From the NCBI GenBank assembly GCA_963795735.1, contig CAWCIU010000002.1:166217-230216 (forward strand): a DNA stretch of 64,000 nt. Reading direction: 5' to 3'. The position numbers were made by a program, and so were the translations under genes. Each line of letters begins with the position of its first letter. Position 1 is the first letter of the stretch. The notes beneath the pieces were generated by a model. That model had not been told where the DNA came from. It saw only the letters and a list, made by a program, of their open reading frames with translations, and ran no database searches. This document shows, piece after piece, positions 34,198 to 44,268 of this stretch. The DNA comes from an uncultured Acidobacteriota bacterium. GTDB lineage: Bacteria; Acidobacteriota; Thermoanaerobaculia; Multivoradales; UBA5704.

Positions 34198-34450
34198 GCC
34201 GTGCCGAAGCTTCGGCGGCTCAGCGAAGCTTCGGCGGCCCAGCGAAGCTTCGGCAGCTCGTCGGGAGCTTCGGCAGCTCAGCGAAGCTTCGGCAGCGTAG
34301 CGAAGCTTCGGCAGCGCAGCGAAGCTTCGGCGGGCCAGCGAAGCTTCGGCAGCCCAGCGCAGCTTCGGCAGGCCAGCGAAGCTTCGGCAGGCCGTCGTAA
34401 GCTTCGGCAGCCCAGCGAAGCTTCGGCAGCGTAGCGAAGCTTCGGCACGG
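34198..34450. repeat. Tandem array of 13 units of a 19-20 bp repeat (consensus CAGCGAAGCTTCGGCAGCN), each with the 10-bp palindrome CGAAGCTTCG
   Basis: Counted directly between the anti-sigma stop (34182) and the end of the convergent acyltransferase gene (34455). Confidence 0.9.
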
Positions 34451-34454
34451 CGAT

Positions 34455-35834
34455 TCAGGACCCGTAGAGGGCGGCCAGCTCTTCCACCTGCTTCAAGACG
34501 GCCTCTCTTTTCTCCTTCAGCTCGGCGGCGAGGCGTTTTCTCGTCCTTAGAAGAAGGTAGGCCCTGGCTTCGTGCCAGAAAATGGCCCGGCGGTCGTGGA
34601 AGAGGAGGGCGAGGTAGCCGGTGGGCGGGGCAAGGAGGGCTACGGCGGCGCCGATCCATCCTCCTAAGTTCCCTCCCAGGTAGTGCCCGGCCAGGAAGCC
34701 CTCGGCGATCCAGGCCAGGGGGAAGAAGAGGAGGGCTCCGAAGAGCTTGTAGGTGGCGGTCTGGTCGGCGGGGAGGCGGAGGACCCGCTTCACGACCTCC
34801 CCGATCAGGCGGTAGACGGGATAGTTGAGCAGGGTCCCGATCGCCGCCAGGGGGAGGTGGACCAGCAGCCGCAGCAAGCTCCGGCCGGCGAAGCGGAGGA
34901 CCGGCGAGGGCGGGTAGGCGGCTCCCACCTGGTCGTCCCGCAGCCCGAAAGCCTCCAGGAGCTGGTCGTACTCGCGGACGCAGCCGGTCGCCGCGGCGAC
35001 CTTCTCCGGATGGCTCGCCCGCAGGTCCCGGTATCCCTCGAGGAAGGCGCGGCGGAAGGCGTACCCCTCCTCCAGGCTCCCCCGGCTCGGCAGCTCGAAG
35101 CCGCGGTGGCGGTAGAGGTCCGCCGCCCGGGCGATCAGCCGGGCGTCCTCCCAGGTCTCGTAGTTGAGGGTGACGGCCTGGAGCTCGGCGTCGATGCGGG
35201 CGGTCAGGGCGCGGGCGGCGGCGATGGCGGTCTCCGGATTACCGGCCTCCGGATCACCGGCCTGCATCGCGATCTCCGGCGCCGGGTCGATCGGCTCCCC
35301 CACCTGCACCAGGACGCGGGAGCGGAAGGTCTGCTTGCCGTCGAAGAGGAGGCCGACCGGGATGATGCGGGTGCCGGTGCCGGGAAACTTCCGCTCGGCT
35401 TCGAGGACGATCCGGGCGGCCCCCGTCTTCAGCGGCTTGAGCGCGGGATCGCTGTGGCTCGTCCCCTCGGGGAAGAGGGCGAGGGCGCCCCCCTTGGCCA
35501 GCAGCTCGTGGGAGCGGGAGAAGGTCTCGGCGTTCTTCGCCGGATCGGACCCCTCGTCCTGCCGGCGGTAGACGGGGATCGCCCCGGCGAGGTCGAGGAA
35601 GGGGCGGACCAGCGGGTTCTTCCACAGGGTGCTCTTGGCCAGGAAGCGCGGCGGCGTCCGCAGGGGCAGCGGACCGATCAGCAGCAGCGGATCGATCAGG
35701 CCGTTGACGTGGTTGGCCACCAGCACCAGCGGCCGGCCGGCCGGGATACGCCCGGCCCCGGCCACCTCCACCTGGCGGAAGAAGACCTTGAGCACCAGGC
35801 GCACCAGGGCGAGGAAGAAGCGGTCGGCGGTCAT
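34455..35834 (-). CDS. PlsC-family (lysophospholipid / glycerol-3-phosphate) acyltransferase with a C-terminal membrane domain
   Basis: H-x4-D motif VANHVNGLIDP and FPEGT motif. Start trimmed to MTADRFFLAL (ATG 35832-35834). Confidence 0.75.
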   Translation of the reverse strand: MTADRFFLALVRLVLKVFFRQVEVAGAGRIPAGRPLVLVANHVNGLIDPLLLIGPLPLRTPPRFLAKSTLWKNPLVRPFLDLAGAIPVYRRQDEGSDPAKNAETFSRSHELLAKGGALALFPEGTSHSDPALKPLKTGAARIVLEAERKFPGTGTRIIPVGLLFDGKQTFRSRVLVQVGEPIDPAPEIAMQAGDPEAGNPETAIAAARALTARIDAELQAVTLNYETWEDARLIARAADLYRHRGFELPSRGSLEEGYAFRRAFLEGYRDLRASHPEKVAAATGCVREYDQLLEAFGLRDDQVGAAYPPSPVLRFAGRSLLRLLVHLPLAAIGTLLNYPVYRLIGEVVKRVLRLPADQTATYKLFGALLFFPLAWIAEGFLAGHYLGGNLGGWIGAAVALLAPPTGYLALLFHDRRAIFWHEARAYLLLRTRKRLAAELKEKREAVLKQVEELAALYGS

Positions 35835-36033
35835 GATCGTTTTCTCTCGCCGCGCGCACCTATCCTGAGAGGAGAGGCGCGCGGGCTGGCTCCGAGTGGC
35901 GGGGCTAACTTGCAGGATCTTGCCGACTCTGTCAATCGGCATTTTGGCAAGAAAGGCTCTGTGCTACCCTCCGGGGAAAGCCTTTGAATCGCCCAGGCCC
36001 GACACTCCTCGGGCCGGCGTCAGGAGAAAACCG

Positions 36034-36639
36034 ATGACCGTCAATAATCCGACCCCAAGTACTCCGACCCCAAATACTCCAACCCCAAATAATCCAGCCC
36101 CGAAGAAGAGCTCGCTGGACACCCTCGCCAACATCGCGATCATCGTGGTCTGCGCGATCGCCGCGGTCGTGCTGAGCCTCCAGGTCCGCGACCGGCTGTT
36201 CCCGCAGCGGGCGCCGGGAGCCCCGCCGCAGGCCGAGAAGGGCGAGCAGTACGCCCAGCTCAAGGCGGTGGTGCCGGCCGGCTCGAGCCGCGCCCTGGTG
36301 GTCGCCGTCCAGCCGGGATGCCACTTCTGCAACGACAGCCTGCCCTTCTACAAGACGCTGATCGACCAGCGCAACCAGAAGGATTCGAAGGTCAAGATCG
36401 TCGGCGCCGTCCCCACCACCCCGAAGCCCGAGGACGGCCAGAAGCTCGCCGACGAGGAGTCGCAGAAGTTCGCCACCGCCGGCGCCAAGCCGGACGGCAT
36501 GGTGAACCTCGACTTCGCGGCGGTGAAGGTCCCCGGCACCCCGACCCTCATGCTGGTGGACAACAACGGCAAGATCCTCAACGTCTGGGTCGGCAAGCTC
36601 GACTCGAACGGCGAGCAGGAAGTGCTGAAGGCGCTGTAG
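36034..36639 (+). CDS. Membrane-anchored thioredoxin-fold protein (CxxC)
   Basis: Start MTVNNPT at ATG 36034, with Shine-Dalgarno caGGAGaaaa. TM segment IAIIVVCAIAAVVLSL. CHFC redox motif. Pro/Thr-rich linker. Confidence 0.6.
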   Translation: MTVNNPTPSTPTPNTPTPNNPAPKKSSLDTLANIAIIVVCAIAAVVLSLQVRDRLFPQRAPGAPPQAEKGEQYAQLKAVVPAGSSRALVVAVQPGCHFCNDSLPFYKTLIDQRNQKDSKVKIVGAVPTTPKPEDGQKLADEESQKFATAGAKPDGMVNLDFAAVKVPGTPTLMLVDNNGKILNVWVGKLDSNGEQEVLKAL

Positions 36640-36662
36640 GGGCGATCTCTCTTACACCCCAC

Positions 36663-36693
36663 CCCCTCCTCTCCCGACGCGGGAGGGGAGGGG
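36663..36693 (+). terminator. GC-rich hairpin after the thioredoxin-like gene (CCCCTCCTCTCCCG-acg-CGGGAGGGGAGGGG)
   Basis: 14-bp perfect stem with a 3-nt loop. No U-tract, so function as an intrinsic terminator is uncertain. Confidence 0.4.
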
Positions 36694-36731
36694 AAACCCC
36701 TCCGAATCCTCCACCGCGAAAGCTCCTTCCG

Positions 36732-36747
36732 TGGCACCCCTCTTGCT
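36732..36747 (+). promoter_or_regulatory. Sigma-54 (RpoN) promoter TGGCAC-CCCTC-TTGCT upstream of the YciE-like gene
   Basis: Exact match to the -24/-12 consensus TGGCAC-N5-TTGCW, 49 nt upstream of ATG 36796. Confidence 0.75.
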
Positions 36748-36795
36748 ATCCCTCCTCGCGGGCGATGGTGCCTGTATGGAAAAAAGGAGTGCAAC

Positions 36796-37293
36796 ATGGA
36801 GATCGATTCCCTGAGAAAGCTCTACGTCGAGGAGCTCAAGGACCTGTACAGCGCCGAGAAGCAGATCCTTCAGGCCCTGCCGAAGATGATGAAAAAGGCG
36901 ACCAACCCGAAGCTCAAGCAGGGCTTCGAGGAGCATCTCCGGGTGACCGAGAAGCAGGTCGAGCGCCTGGACCAGATCTTCGAGGAGATCGGCAAGAGCC
37001 CCCGTGGCAAGAAGTGCAAGGCCATGGAAGGCCTGGTCGAGGAGGGCAAGGAGGTCATGCAGGAGGACATGGAGGCCGAGGTGATGGACGCCGCCCTGAT
37101 CGCCTCCGCCCAGCGCATCGAGCACTACGAGATGGCCGGCTACGGCACCTGCCGCACCTGGGCACAGACCCTCGGCGAGAAGAACCAGGCCAAGCTGCTT
37201 CAGCAGACCCTGGACGAAGAGCGGCTGACCGACGAGAAGCTGACCCAGCTCGCCGAGAGCACGATCAACGTCGAGGCGATGGCCGGCGCTTAA
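36796..37293 (+). CDS. YciE/YciF-family (DUF892) ferritin-like stress protein
   Basis: LKDLYSAEKQILQALPKMMKKA...EEHLRVTEKQVERLDQIFEEIG. AAGGAG Shine-Dalgarno. Confidence 0.8.
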   Translation: MEIDSLRKLYVEELKDLYSAEKQILQALPKMMKKATNPKLKQGFEEHLRVTEKQVERLDQIFEEIGKSPRGKKCKAMEGLVEEGKEVMQEDMEAEVMDAALIASAQRIEHYEMAGYGTCRTWAQTLGEKNQAKLLQQTLDEERLTDEKLTQLAESTINVEAMAGA

Positions 37294-37430
37294 AGCCGTC
37301 CGCTCGACCTGAATTGCCAGGGGCGGCCCGCGCGGCCGCCCTGCCAACTCCACCCCGGGCGTGCTTCCTGCAAGATCTCGCCTCCCGGCGGGAAGCCAGA
37401 CGGCGGGTGTGATACCTTCCCGCCCGCAAA

Positions 37431-39338
37431 ATGGTCCACAAAGCCACCCAGACCCACGAGAAGCAAAACCTCCTCGGCCTCTCTCTCGGGGCCCTGGGCA
37501 TCGTCTATGGCGACATCGGCACCAGCCCGCTCTACTCGCTGCGGGAGTGCTTCCACGGCGAGCATGGCATCGCTCCCAGCCACGGCAACGTGCTCGGGGT
37601 GCTGTCGCTGGTCTTCTGGGTGCTCATCGTCACCATCTCGATCAAGTACCTGATCTTCGTGATGCGCGCCGACAACCACGGCGAGGGGGGCATCCTGGCG
37701 CTGATGGCGCTGGTGCCGTCGAAGCTGCGGATCGCCGGCCCGGGAGGGCACTGGGTCCTGGTGGCGCTCGGCATCTTCGGCGCCTCCCTGCTCTACGGCG
37801 ACGGCATGATCACGCCGGCGATCTCGGTGCTCTCGGCGGTCGAGGGGCTGCAGGTGGCGACCCCGTTCTTCAATCCCTACATCATCCCGATCACGCTGGG
37901 GATCCTGTTCGCCCTGTTCCTGATCCAGCAGCGGGGGACGGCCGGGATCGGCAAGCTCTTCGGCCCGGTGATGATCCTCTGGTTCCTGGTGCTGGGCGTC
38001 CTCGGCGTCCTCTGGATCGTGCGCGTCCCCTCGGTGCTCGCCGCGGTCAATCCCTGGCACGCCGTGCGCTTCTTCCTCCACAACCGGGGGCATGGGTTCC
38101 TGGTCCTCGGCTCGGTCTTCCTGGTGGTCACCGGGGGCGAGGCGCTCTACGCCGACATGGGGCACTTCGGACGGCGGCCGATCCGGCTCGCCTGGTTCCT
38201 CCTGGTGCTCCCCTCCCTGCTGCTCAACTACTTCGGCCAGGGGGCGCTGCTGGTGACCCACCCCGACGCCGCGGCGAACCCGTTCTTCGAGCTGTCGGGC
38301 CGGCTCCTCCCCTCCTGGACGCTGTATCCGATGGTGATCCTGTCCACGATCGCCACCATCATCGCCTCGCAGGCGGTGATCTCCGGGGCCTTCTCGCTGA
38401 CCCGCCAGGCGGTGCAGCTCGGCTACGCGCCGCGGATCAAGATCGTCCATACCTCGGGGCGCGAGATCGGCCAGATCTACATCCCCTCGGTCAACTGGGC
38501 GCTGATGCTGGCAACCTTCGGGCTGGTGATCGGCTTCCGGCAGTCGACCAACCTGGCCGCCGCTTACGGCGTGGCGGTCACCGCGACGATGGTGATCACC
38601 ACGGTCCTCGCCTACGTGGTGGCCCGCCAGGTCTGGGGCTGGAAGTTCGCCCTGGTGGCCCCGGTGGCGGCCTTCTTCTTCGTCATCGACTCCGCCTTCT
38701 TCGGCGCCAACATCATCAAGGTGGAGGACGGCGGCTGGTTCCCCCTGCTGGTGGGGATCGCCATCTACACGCTGATGTGCACCTGGAAGAAGGGGCGGCA
38801 GATCCTCGGCGACCGGCTGCAGGCGGACTGCCTGCCGCTCCAGCAGTTCGTCGAGAGCATCAGGCCGGACTCCCCCATCCGGGTGCCCGGCACGGCGGTC
38901 TTCCTCGCTCGCGATCCGCAGGGCACGCCCCCCTCGCTGCTCCACAACCTCAAGCACAACAAGGTGCTGCACTCGCGGGTGATCTTCCTGACGATGGTGA
39001 ACGAGGAGGTGCCGACGGTGCCGGCGGAGGAGCGGCTGGAGATCGAGGACCTGGGCAAGGAGTGCTACCGCGTCCTCGCCCACTACGGGTTCATCCAGAA
39101 CCCGGGGGTGCCCGACGTGCTCCACATCCTGCGCGAGCAGAAGGGGGTCCACCTCGACCCGATGTCGACCACCTTCTTCCTCAGCCGGGAGACGCTGATC
39201 CCCAGCCGCAAGCCCGGGATGGCGATCTGGCGCGAGAAGCTGTTCGCCGTGATGGTCCGCAACGCCCAGCGCCCCACCGACTTCTTCCGGATTCCGGTCA
39301 ACCGGGTGGTGGAGCTGGGGATGCAGGTGCGATTGTAG
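37431..39338 (+). CDS. kup: KUP/HAK/KT potassium uptake transporter
   Basis: ...GALGIVYGDIGTSPLYSLRECF... signature. Confidence 0.92.
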   Translation: MVHKATQTHEKQNLLGLSLGALGIVYGDIGTSPLYSLRECFHGEHGIAPSHGNVLGVLSLVFWVLIVTISIKYLIFVMRADNHGEGGILALMALVPSKLRIAGPGGHWVLVALGIFGASLLYGDGMITPAISVLSAVEGLQVATPFFNPYIIPITLGILFALFLIQQRGTAGIGKLFGPVMILWFLVLGVLGVLWIVRVPSVLAAVNPWHAVRFFLHNRGHGFLVLGSVFLVVTGGEALYADMGHFGRRPIRLAWFLLVLPSLLLNYFGQGALLVTHPDAAANPFFELSGRLLPSWTLYPMVILSTIATIIASQAVISGAFSLTRQAVQLGYAPRIKIVHTSGREIGQIYIPSVNWALMLATFGLVIGFRQSTNLAAAYGVAVTATMVITTVLAYVVARQVWGWKFALVAPVAAFFFVIDSAFFGANIIKVEDGGWFPLLVGIAIYTLMCTWKKGRQILGDRLQADCLPLQQFVESIRPDSPIRVPGTAVFLARDPQGTPPSLLHNLKHNKVLHSRVIFLTMVNEEVPTVPAEERLEIEDLGKECYRVLAHYGFIQNPGVPDVLHILREQKGVHLDPMSTTFFLSRETLIPSRKPGMAIWREKLFAVMVRNAQRPTDFFRIPVNRVVELGMQVRL

Positions 39339-39349
39339 CCCGCCCCCCT

Positions 39350-40921
<1,572 letters not shown>

Positions 40922-41046
40922 GAGCACCACCTAGAAAAAGGTTGATGTGGCTGTCGTCTGTCTTCGAATAATTTCAGCGCGCGAGCTTACCGCAGCGGGC
41001 GGAGCAATCCCAGTGCCAGGCGCCGGGCGCCTGTGGACGGATGGCC

Positions 41047-41103
41047 GTAGGGTGCGCTGTGCGCACCTTCGCGGGCGTTGGAGGTGCGCACAGCGCACCC
41101 TAC
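41047..41103. repeat. Perfect 21-bp inverted repeat GTAGGGTGCGCTGTGCGCACC - 15 nt - GGTGCGCACAGCGCACCCTAC in the divergent dtp/tyrA intergenic region
   Basis: Read directly. Each arm is itself nearly palindromic. Confidence 0.9.
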
Positions 41104-41396
41104 AAAATGCCTCACCGTCTTGCCCAGAGGACAGGCCGTCCACACAACCGTTCCCTCCAGAGGTCGGCCGGAGGACGGAATCCCCCGTCTCTCCTATAGG
41201 ACGAGGCATGGCACTCCCCTTGCGATGGACCCCTGGCGGACAACGGATTCACCCATCAACCCGCGGCAGGAAACCGCCGCGCGGCCTTCCGGGGAAGTCG
41301 GGCGCCCCCGCCCGGCTTCCCTCCTTCCTCGCCCACCGTCGAGCGTAGAATGTCCTCCCTGAACTGCCTTCTGAAATCGGCCTGGAGGAGACGACC

Positions 41397-42509
41397 ATGA
41401 ACCCGCTCGATCCGCTGCCCCATCTGCGGGACTCCATCGCCGAGGTGGACCGCGCCCTGCTCGAGCTGCTGCGCCGCCGCATGGACCTCGCCGCCGAGGT
41501 GGGGCGCGTCAAGGCCGAGGGGGACGCCCCGGTCGTGGTCCGCGACGTCGAGGACCGCGTGCTCGGCCGCGCCCGCCAGCACGCCGAGGCCTGCGGGGTG
41601 TCGGAGGAGGTGATGGAGGCGATGTTCCAGGCGATCATCCGCGGCTCGGTCGAGCGGCAGTACCGGGTGGGGATCTCGCTGCGTGAGCGGCGGGGAGAGC
41701 GGGTGCTGATCGCCGGCGGCGCCGGCGGCATGGGGCGCTGGTTCCGCGGCTTCCTGGAGCTGGCGGGGCACGGCGTGGACCTGGTCGATCCGGCGCTCGG
41801 CAACCTCCCCCGCTCCGCCGGGCGCTTCGCCAGCCTCGGCGAGGTGGAGGACCTGGACGCCTACGCCGCGGTGCTCGTCTCGGTGCCGCTCGCCCGCACC
41901 GCCGGGATCCTGGCGGAGGTGGTCGAGCGGAGCCCGAAGGGGCTGGTGGTGGAGATCGCCTCGATCAAGGCGCCGCTGGAGCCGGCGCTGGCCCGGGCCC
42001 GCGAGCGGGGCGTGCGGGCCTTCGCCCTGCACCCGATGTTCGGACCCAGCAAGTCGTTCTACGAGCCGCTGACCTTCGTGCTCGCCGCTCAAGGGGACCC
42101 GGCGGCCGAGAAGCGGGAGCTCGCGCCCCTGCTGTCGCACCCCTACACCAAGCTGGTGGCCGTCCCCTTCCCCCATCACGACCGCCTGATGGCCTGGCTC
42201 CTGGGCCTCTCCCACCTCACCAACATCCTGTTCGGCGCCGCGATCACCCAGTCGGGGATCGAGCCCGCCGAGCTTCACGCCTGCGCCTCGACGACCTTCA
42301 CCCGCCAGGCGGCGACCGCGCTCTACGTGCTCTCCGAGAACCCCGACCTCTATCTAGACATCCAGCGCCTGAACCCGAACCGGCACGAGGTCTACACCGC
42401 CGCCCGCGAGGCGCTGGCGCAGATCGAGCGGCTGGTCGAGGAGCGCGACCGCGAAGAGTTCGATGCCGTGATGACCGCCGCCCGGCGCGCCCTGACCCGC
42501 GAGCCGTAG
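41397..42509 (+). CDS. tyrA: Bifunctional chorismate mutase / prephenate dehydrogenase
   Basis: N-terminal CM_2 region (…EVDRALLELLRRRMDLAAEVGRVK…) followed by an NAD-binding prephenate dehydrogenase domain (VLIAGGAGGMG…). Confidence 0.85.
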   Translation: MNPLDPLPHLRDSIAEVDRALLELLRRRMDLAAEVGRVKAEGDAPVVVRDVEDRVLGRARQHAEACGVSEEVMEAMFQAIIRGSVERQYRVGISLRERRGERVLIAGGAGGMGRWFRGFLELAGHGVDLVDPALGNLPRSAGRFASLGEVEDLDAYAAVLVSVPLARTAGILAEVVERSPKGLVVEIASIKAPLEPALARARERGVRAFALHPMFGPSKSFYEPLTFVLAAQGDPAAEKRELAPLLSHPYTKLVAVPFPHHDRLMAWLLGLSHLTNILFGAAITQSGIEPAELHACASTTFTRQAATALYVLSENPDLYLDIQRLNPNRHEVYTAAREALAQIERLVEERDREEFDAVMTAARRALTREP

Positions 42510-42519
42510 CGGCCGCCGG

Positions 42520-42975
42520 TCAGGAGCCCTTCTTCGCCTTCGCCTTCTTCGCGGCCGGGGCGCCGCCCGAGGACTCGTTCCCGGCGTCCTTGGCGTCCTT
42601 GGCGTCCTTATTGTCCTTGACGTCCTTGTCCGCCGCCTTCTTGCCCGGCTGCTTCGGTTCCGGCGTGGCGGGTTTCTCCGCGGCCTTCTTGCCTTCGGCG
42701 GCCGCTCCCCGCTTGCGGGCCACGGCGGCGAGGCCGGCCGCGGCGGCGGCCACCCCGGCGACCGCGGCGGCGGCGCCGGCCAGGACCTTGGTCGTGCTGG
42801 AAACGGCGGTCTTGGCGGGGGCGGCGGGCTTCTTGGCAGTGGGGGCGGTCTTCGCGGCGGCGGGCTTGGCGGCGGGCTTTTCTGCCGGCTTGGCGGCCGG
42901 CTTGGCGGCTGGGCCGCTCGCCCCGCCGGTCTTTTCCGTCCCCTCCGCAGACCCCTTCTTGTCCTTGGCGGCCAT
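42520..42975 (-). CDS. Lys/Ala/Pro-rich low-complexity protein with a central hydrophobic segment (histone H1-like tail composition)
   Basis: ATG 42973-42975 preceded by AAGGAG. (AKPA)n-type repeats. Convergent with tyrA. Confidence 0.45.
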   Translation of the reverse strand: MAAKDKKGSAEGTEKTGGASGPAAKPAAKPAEKPAAKPAAAKTAPTAKKPAAPAKTAVSSTTKVLAGAAAAVAGVAAAAAGLAAVARKRGAAAEGKKAAEKPATPEPKQPGKKAADKDVKDNKDAKDAKDAGNESSGGAPAAKKAKAKKGS

Positions 42976-43056
42976 CGAGAGCTCCTTTCAAGAGCAAAAC
43001 AGATTGAAGTCCTGCGTCCGAGCACGCTAGCAAGAAGCGTGCAAAAGCGAGCCTTC

Positions 43057-44181
43057 CTACGGCCCGCCGAGCGCCTGGGCGAGGTCGGCGATGAGGTCGT
43101 CCGGGTGCTCGATCCCGACCGAGACGCGGATCAGCTCCTGCGGCGTCCGGGAGCCGGGGCCCTCGCTGGTCGCCCGGTGCTCGATCAGGCTCTCGACGCC
43201 GCCGAGCGAGGTGGCGCGGGTGAACAGGCGCACGCGGGAGACGGCGCGCAGGGCCGCCTCGCGTCCGCCCGCGGCGCGAAAGGAGAGCATGGCGCCGAAA
43301 CCGGACATCTGCCGGGCGGCGATCTCGTTCCCGGGATGCGAGGGGAGCCCCGGATAGTGCACCGCCGCCACGCTCGGAAACTCCGCCAGGGCGCGGGCCA
43401 CGGCGAGCCCCGTCGCGCTCTGCACGGCCATCCGGCAGGCGAGGGTGCGCAGGCCGCGCAGCACCAGCCAGGAATTGAACGGCGAGGCGACCGCCCCCAG
43501 GACGTGGCGCAGGTGGCGGACCCGCTCGCAGAGCTCGTCCCGGCGGGCGAAGACGAGGGCGCCCCCCTGGACGTCGCTGTGGCCGCCGAAGTACTTGGTC
43601 GTCGAATGGAGGACCACGTCGGCCCCGAGCTCGAGGGGCCGCTGGAGCGCCGGGGTGGCGAAGGTGTTGTCCGCCAGGGTCAGGGCTCCGGCCCGGCGGG
43701 CGAGGGCCACGGCGCCGGCGAGGTCGACCACCTGGAGCAGCGGGTTGGAGGGAGTCTCCAGCCAGACCAGGCGGGTCTCCGGGCGGATCGCCGCGGCGAG
43801 GGCCGCGAGGTCGCCCATCGCCACGAAGTCCGAGCGGATCCCCCAGTTGGGGAGGAACTCACCGGCGGCGGTGCGGAAGCCGTGGTAGACGTCGTCGGGG
43901 AAGACCACGTGGGAGCCCGGCGGCAGAGCCTGGAGGAGGGCGATGCCGGCGGCCATGCCGGAGGCAAAGACGAGCGCCGCCTCCCCCCCTTCGAGCGGGC
44001 CGAGGGCCTCCTCGAGCTGGTCCTGGTTGGGATTCGACTCGCGGATGTAGGTGTACCCGCCGAGCGGGGCGCTCTCCGGGTCGCGGGCGAAGGTGGTCGA
44101 GAGGACGATGGGAGGGGAGACCGACCCGGAAGCGGGATCGATCCGATGGCCGGCGTGCACCACGCGGGTCTCGAATTTCAT
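43057..44181 (-). CDS. PLP-dependent cystathionine gamma-synthase / beta-lyase family enzyme (Cys/Met metabolism)
   Basis: ...HSTTKYFGGHSD... PLP-lysine region. MKFETRVVHAG... N-terminus. Confidence 0.85.
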   Translation of the reverse strand: MKFETRVVHAGHRIDPASGSVSPPIVLSTTFARDPESAPLGGYTYIRESNPNQDQLEEALGPLEGGEAALVFASGMAAGIALLQALPPGSHVVFPDDVYHGFRTAAGEFLPNWGIRSDFVAMGDLAALAAAIRPETRLVWLETPSNPLLQVVDLAGAVALARRAGALTLADNTFATPALQRPLELGADVVLHSTTKYFGGHSDVQGGALVFARRDELCERVRHLRHVLGAVASPFNSWLVLRGLRTLACRMAVQSATGLAVARALAEFPSVAAVHYPGLPSHPGNEIAARQMSGFGAMLSFRAAGGREAALRAVSRVRLFTRATSLGGVESLIEHRATSEGPGSRTPQELIRVSVGIEHPDDLIADLAQALGGP

Positions 44182-44268
44182 CCCGGGAGCGTAGCGCGGC
44201 CGGGCAGAAACGAAAAGGGCCGGCGCTGCGAAGCGCCGGCCCCGGGAACCTGCGAGAGGAGGGAGCGG

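Noticed and set aside
34201-34434. 77-aa ORF reading through the 19-bp tandem repeat array
   Set aside because: The translation is just the repeat unit (…SEASAAQRSFGS… repeated). No start context. The array is better explained as non-coding.
34198-34450. Possible CRISPR array
   Set aside because: The period is only 19-20 bp, there are no unique spacers, and there are no cas genes. It is a tandem palindromic repeat, not a CRISPR array.
35958-35975. Sigma-54-like motif TGGCAA-GAAAG-GCTCT upstream of the thioredoxin-like gene
   Set aside because: The -12 element lacks the TTGC core. GG-N10-GC spacing alone is too weak, unlike the three exact matches reported.
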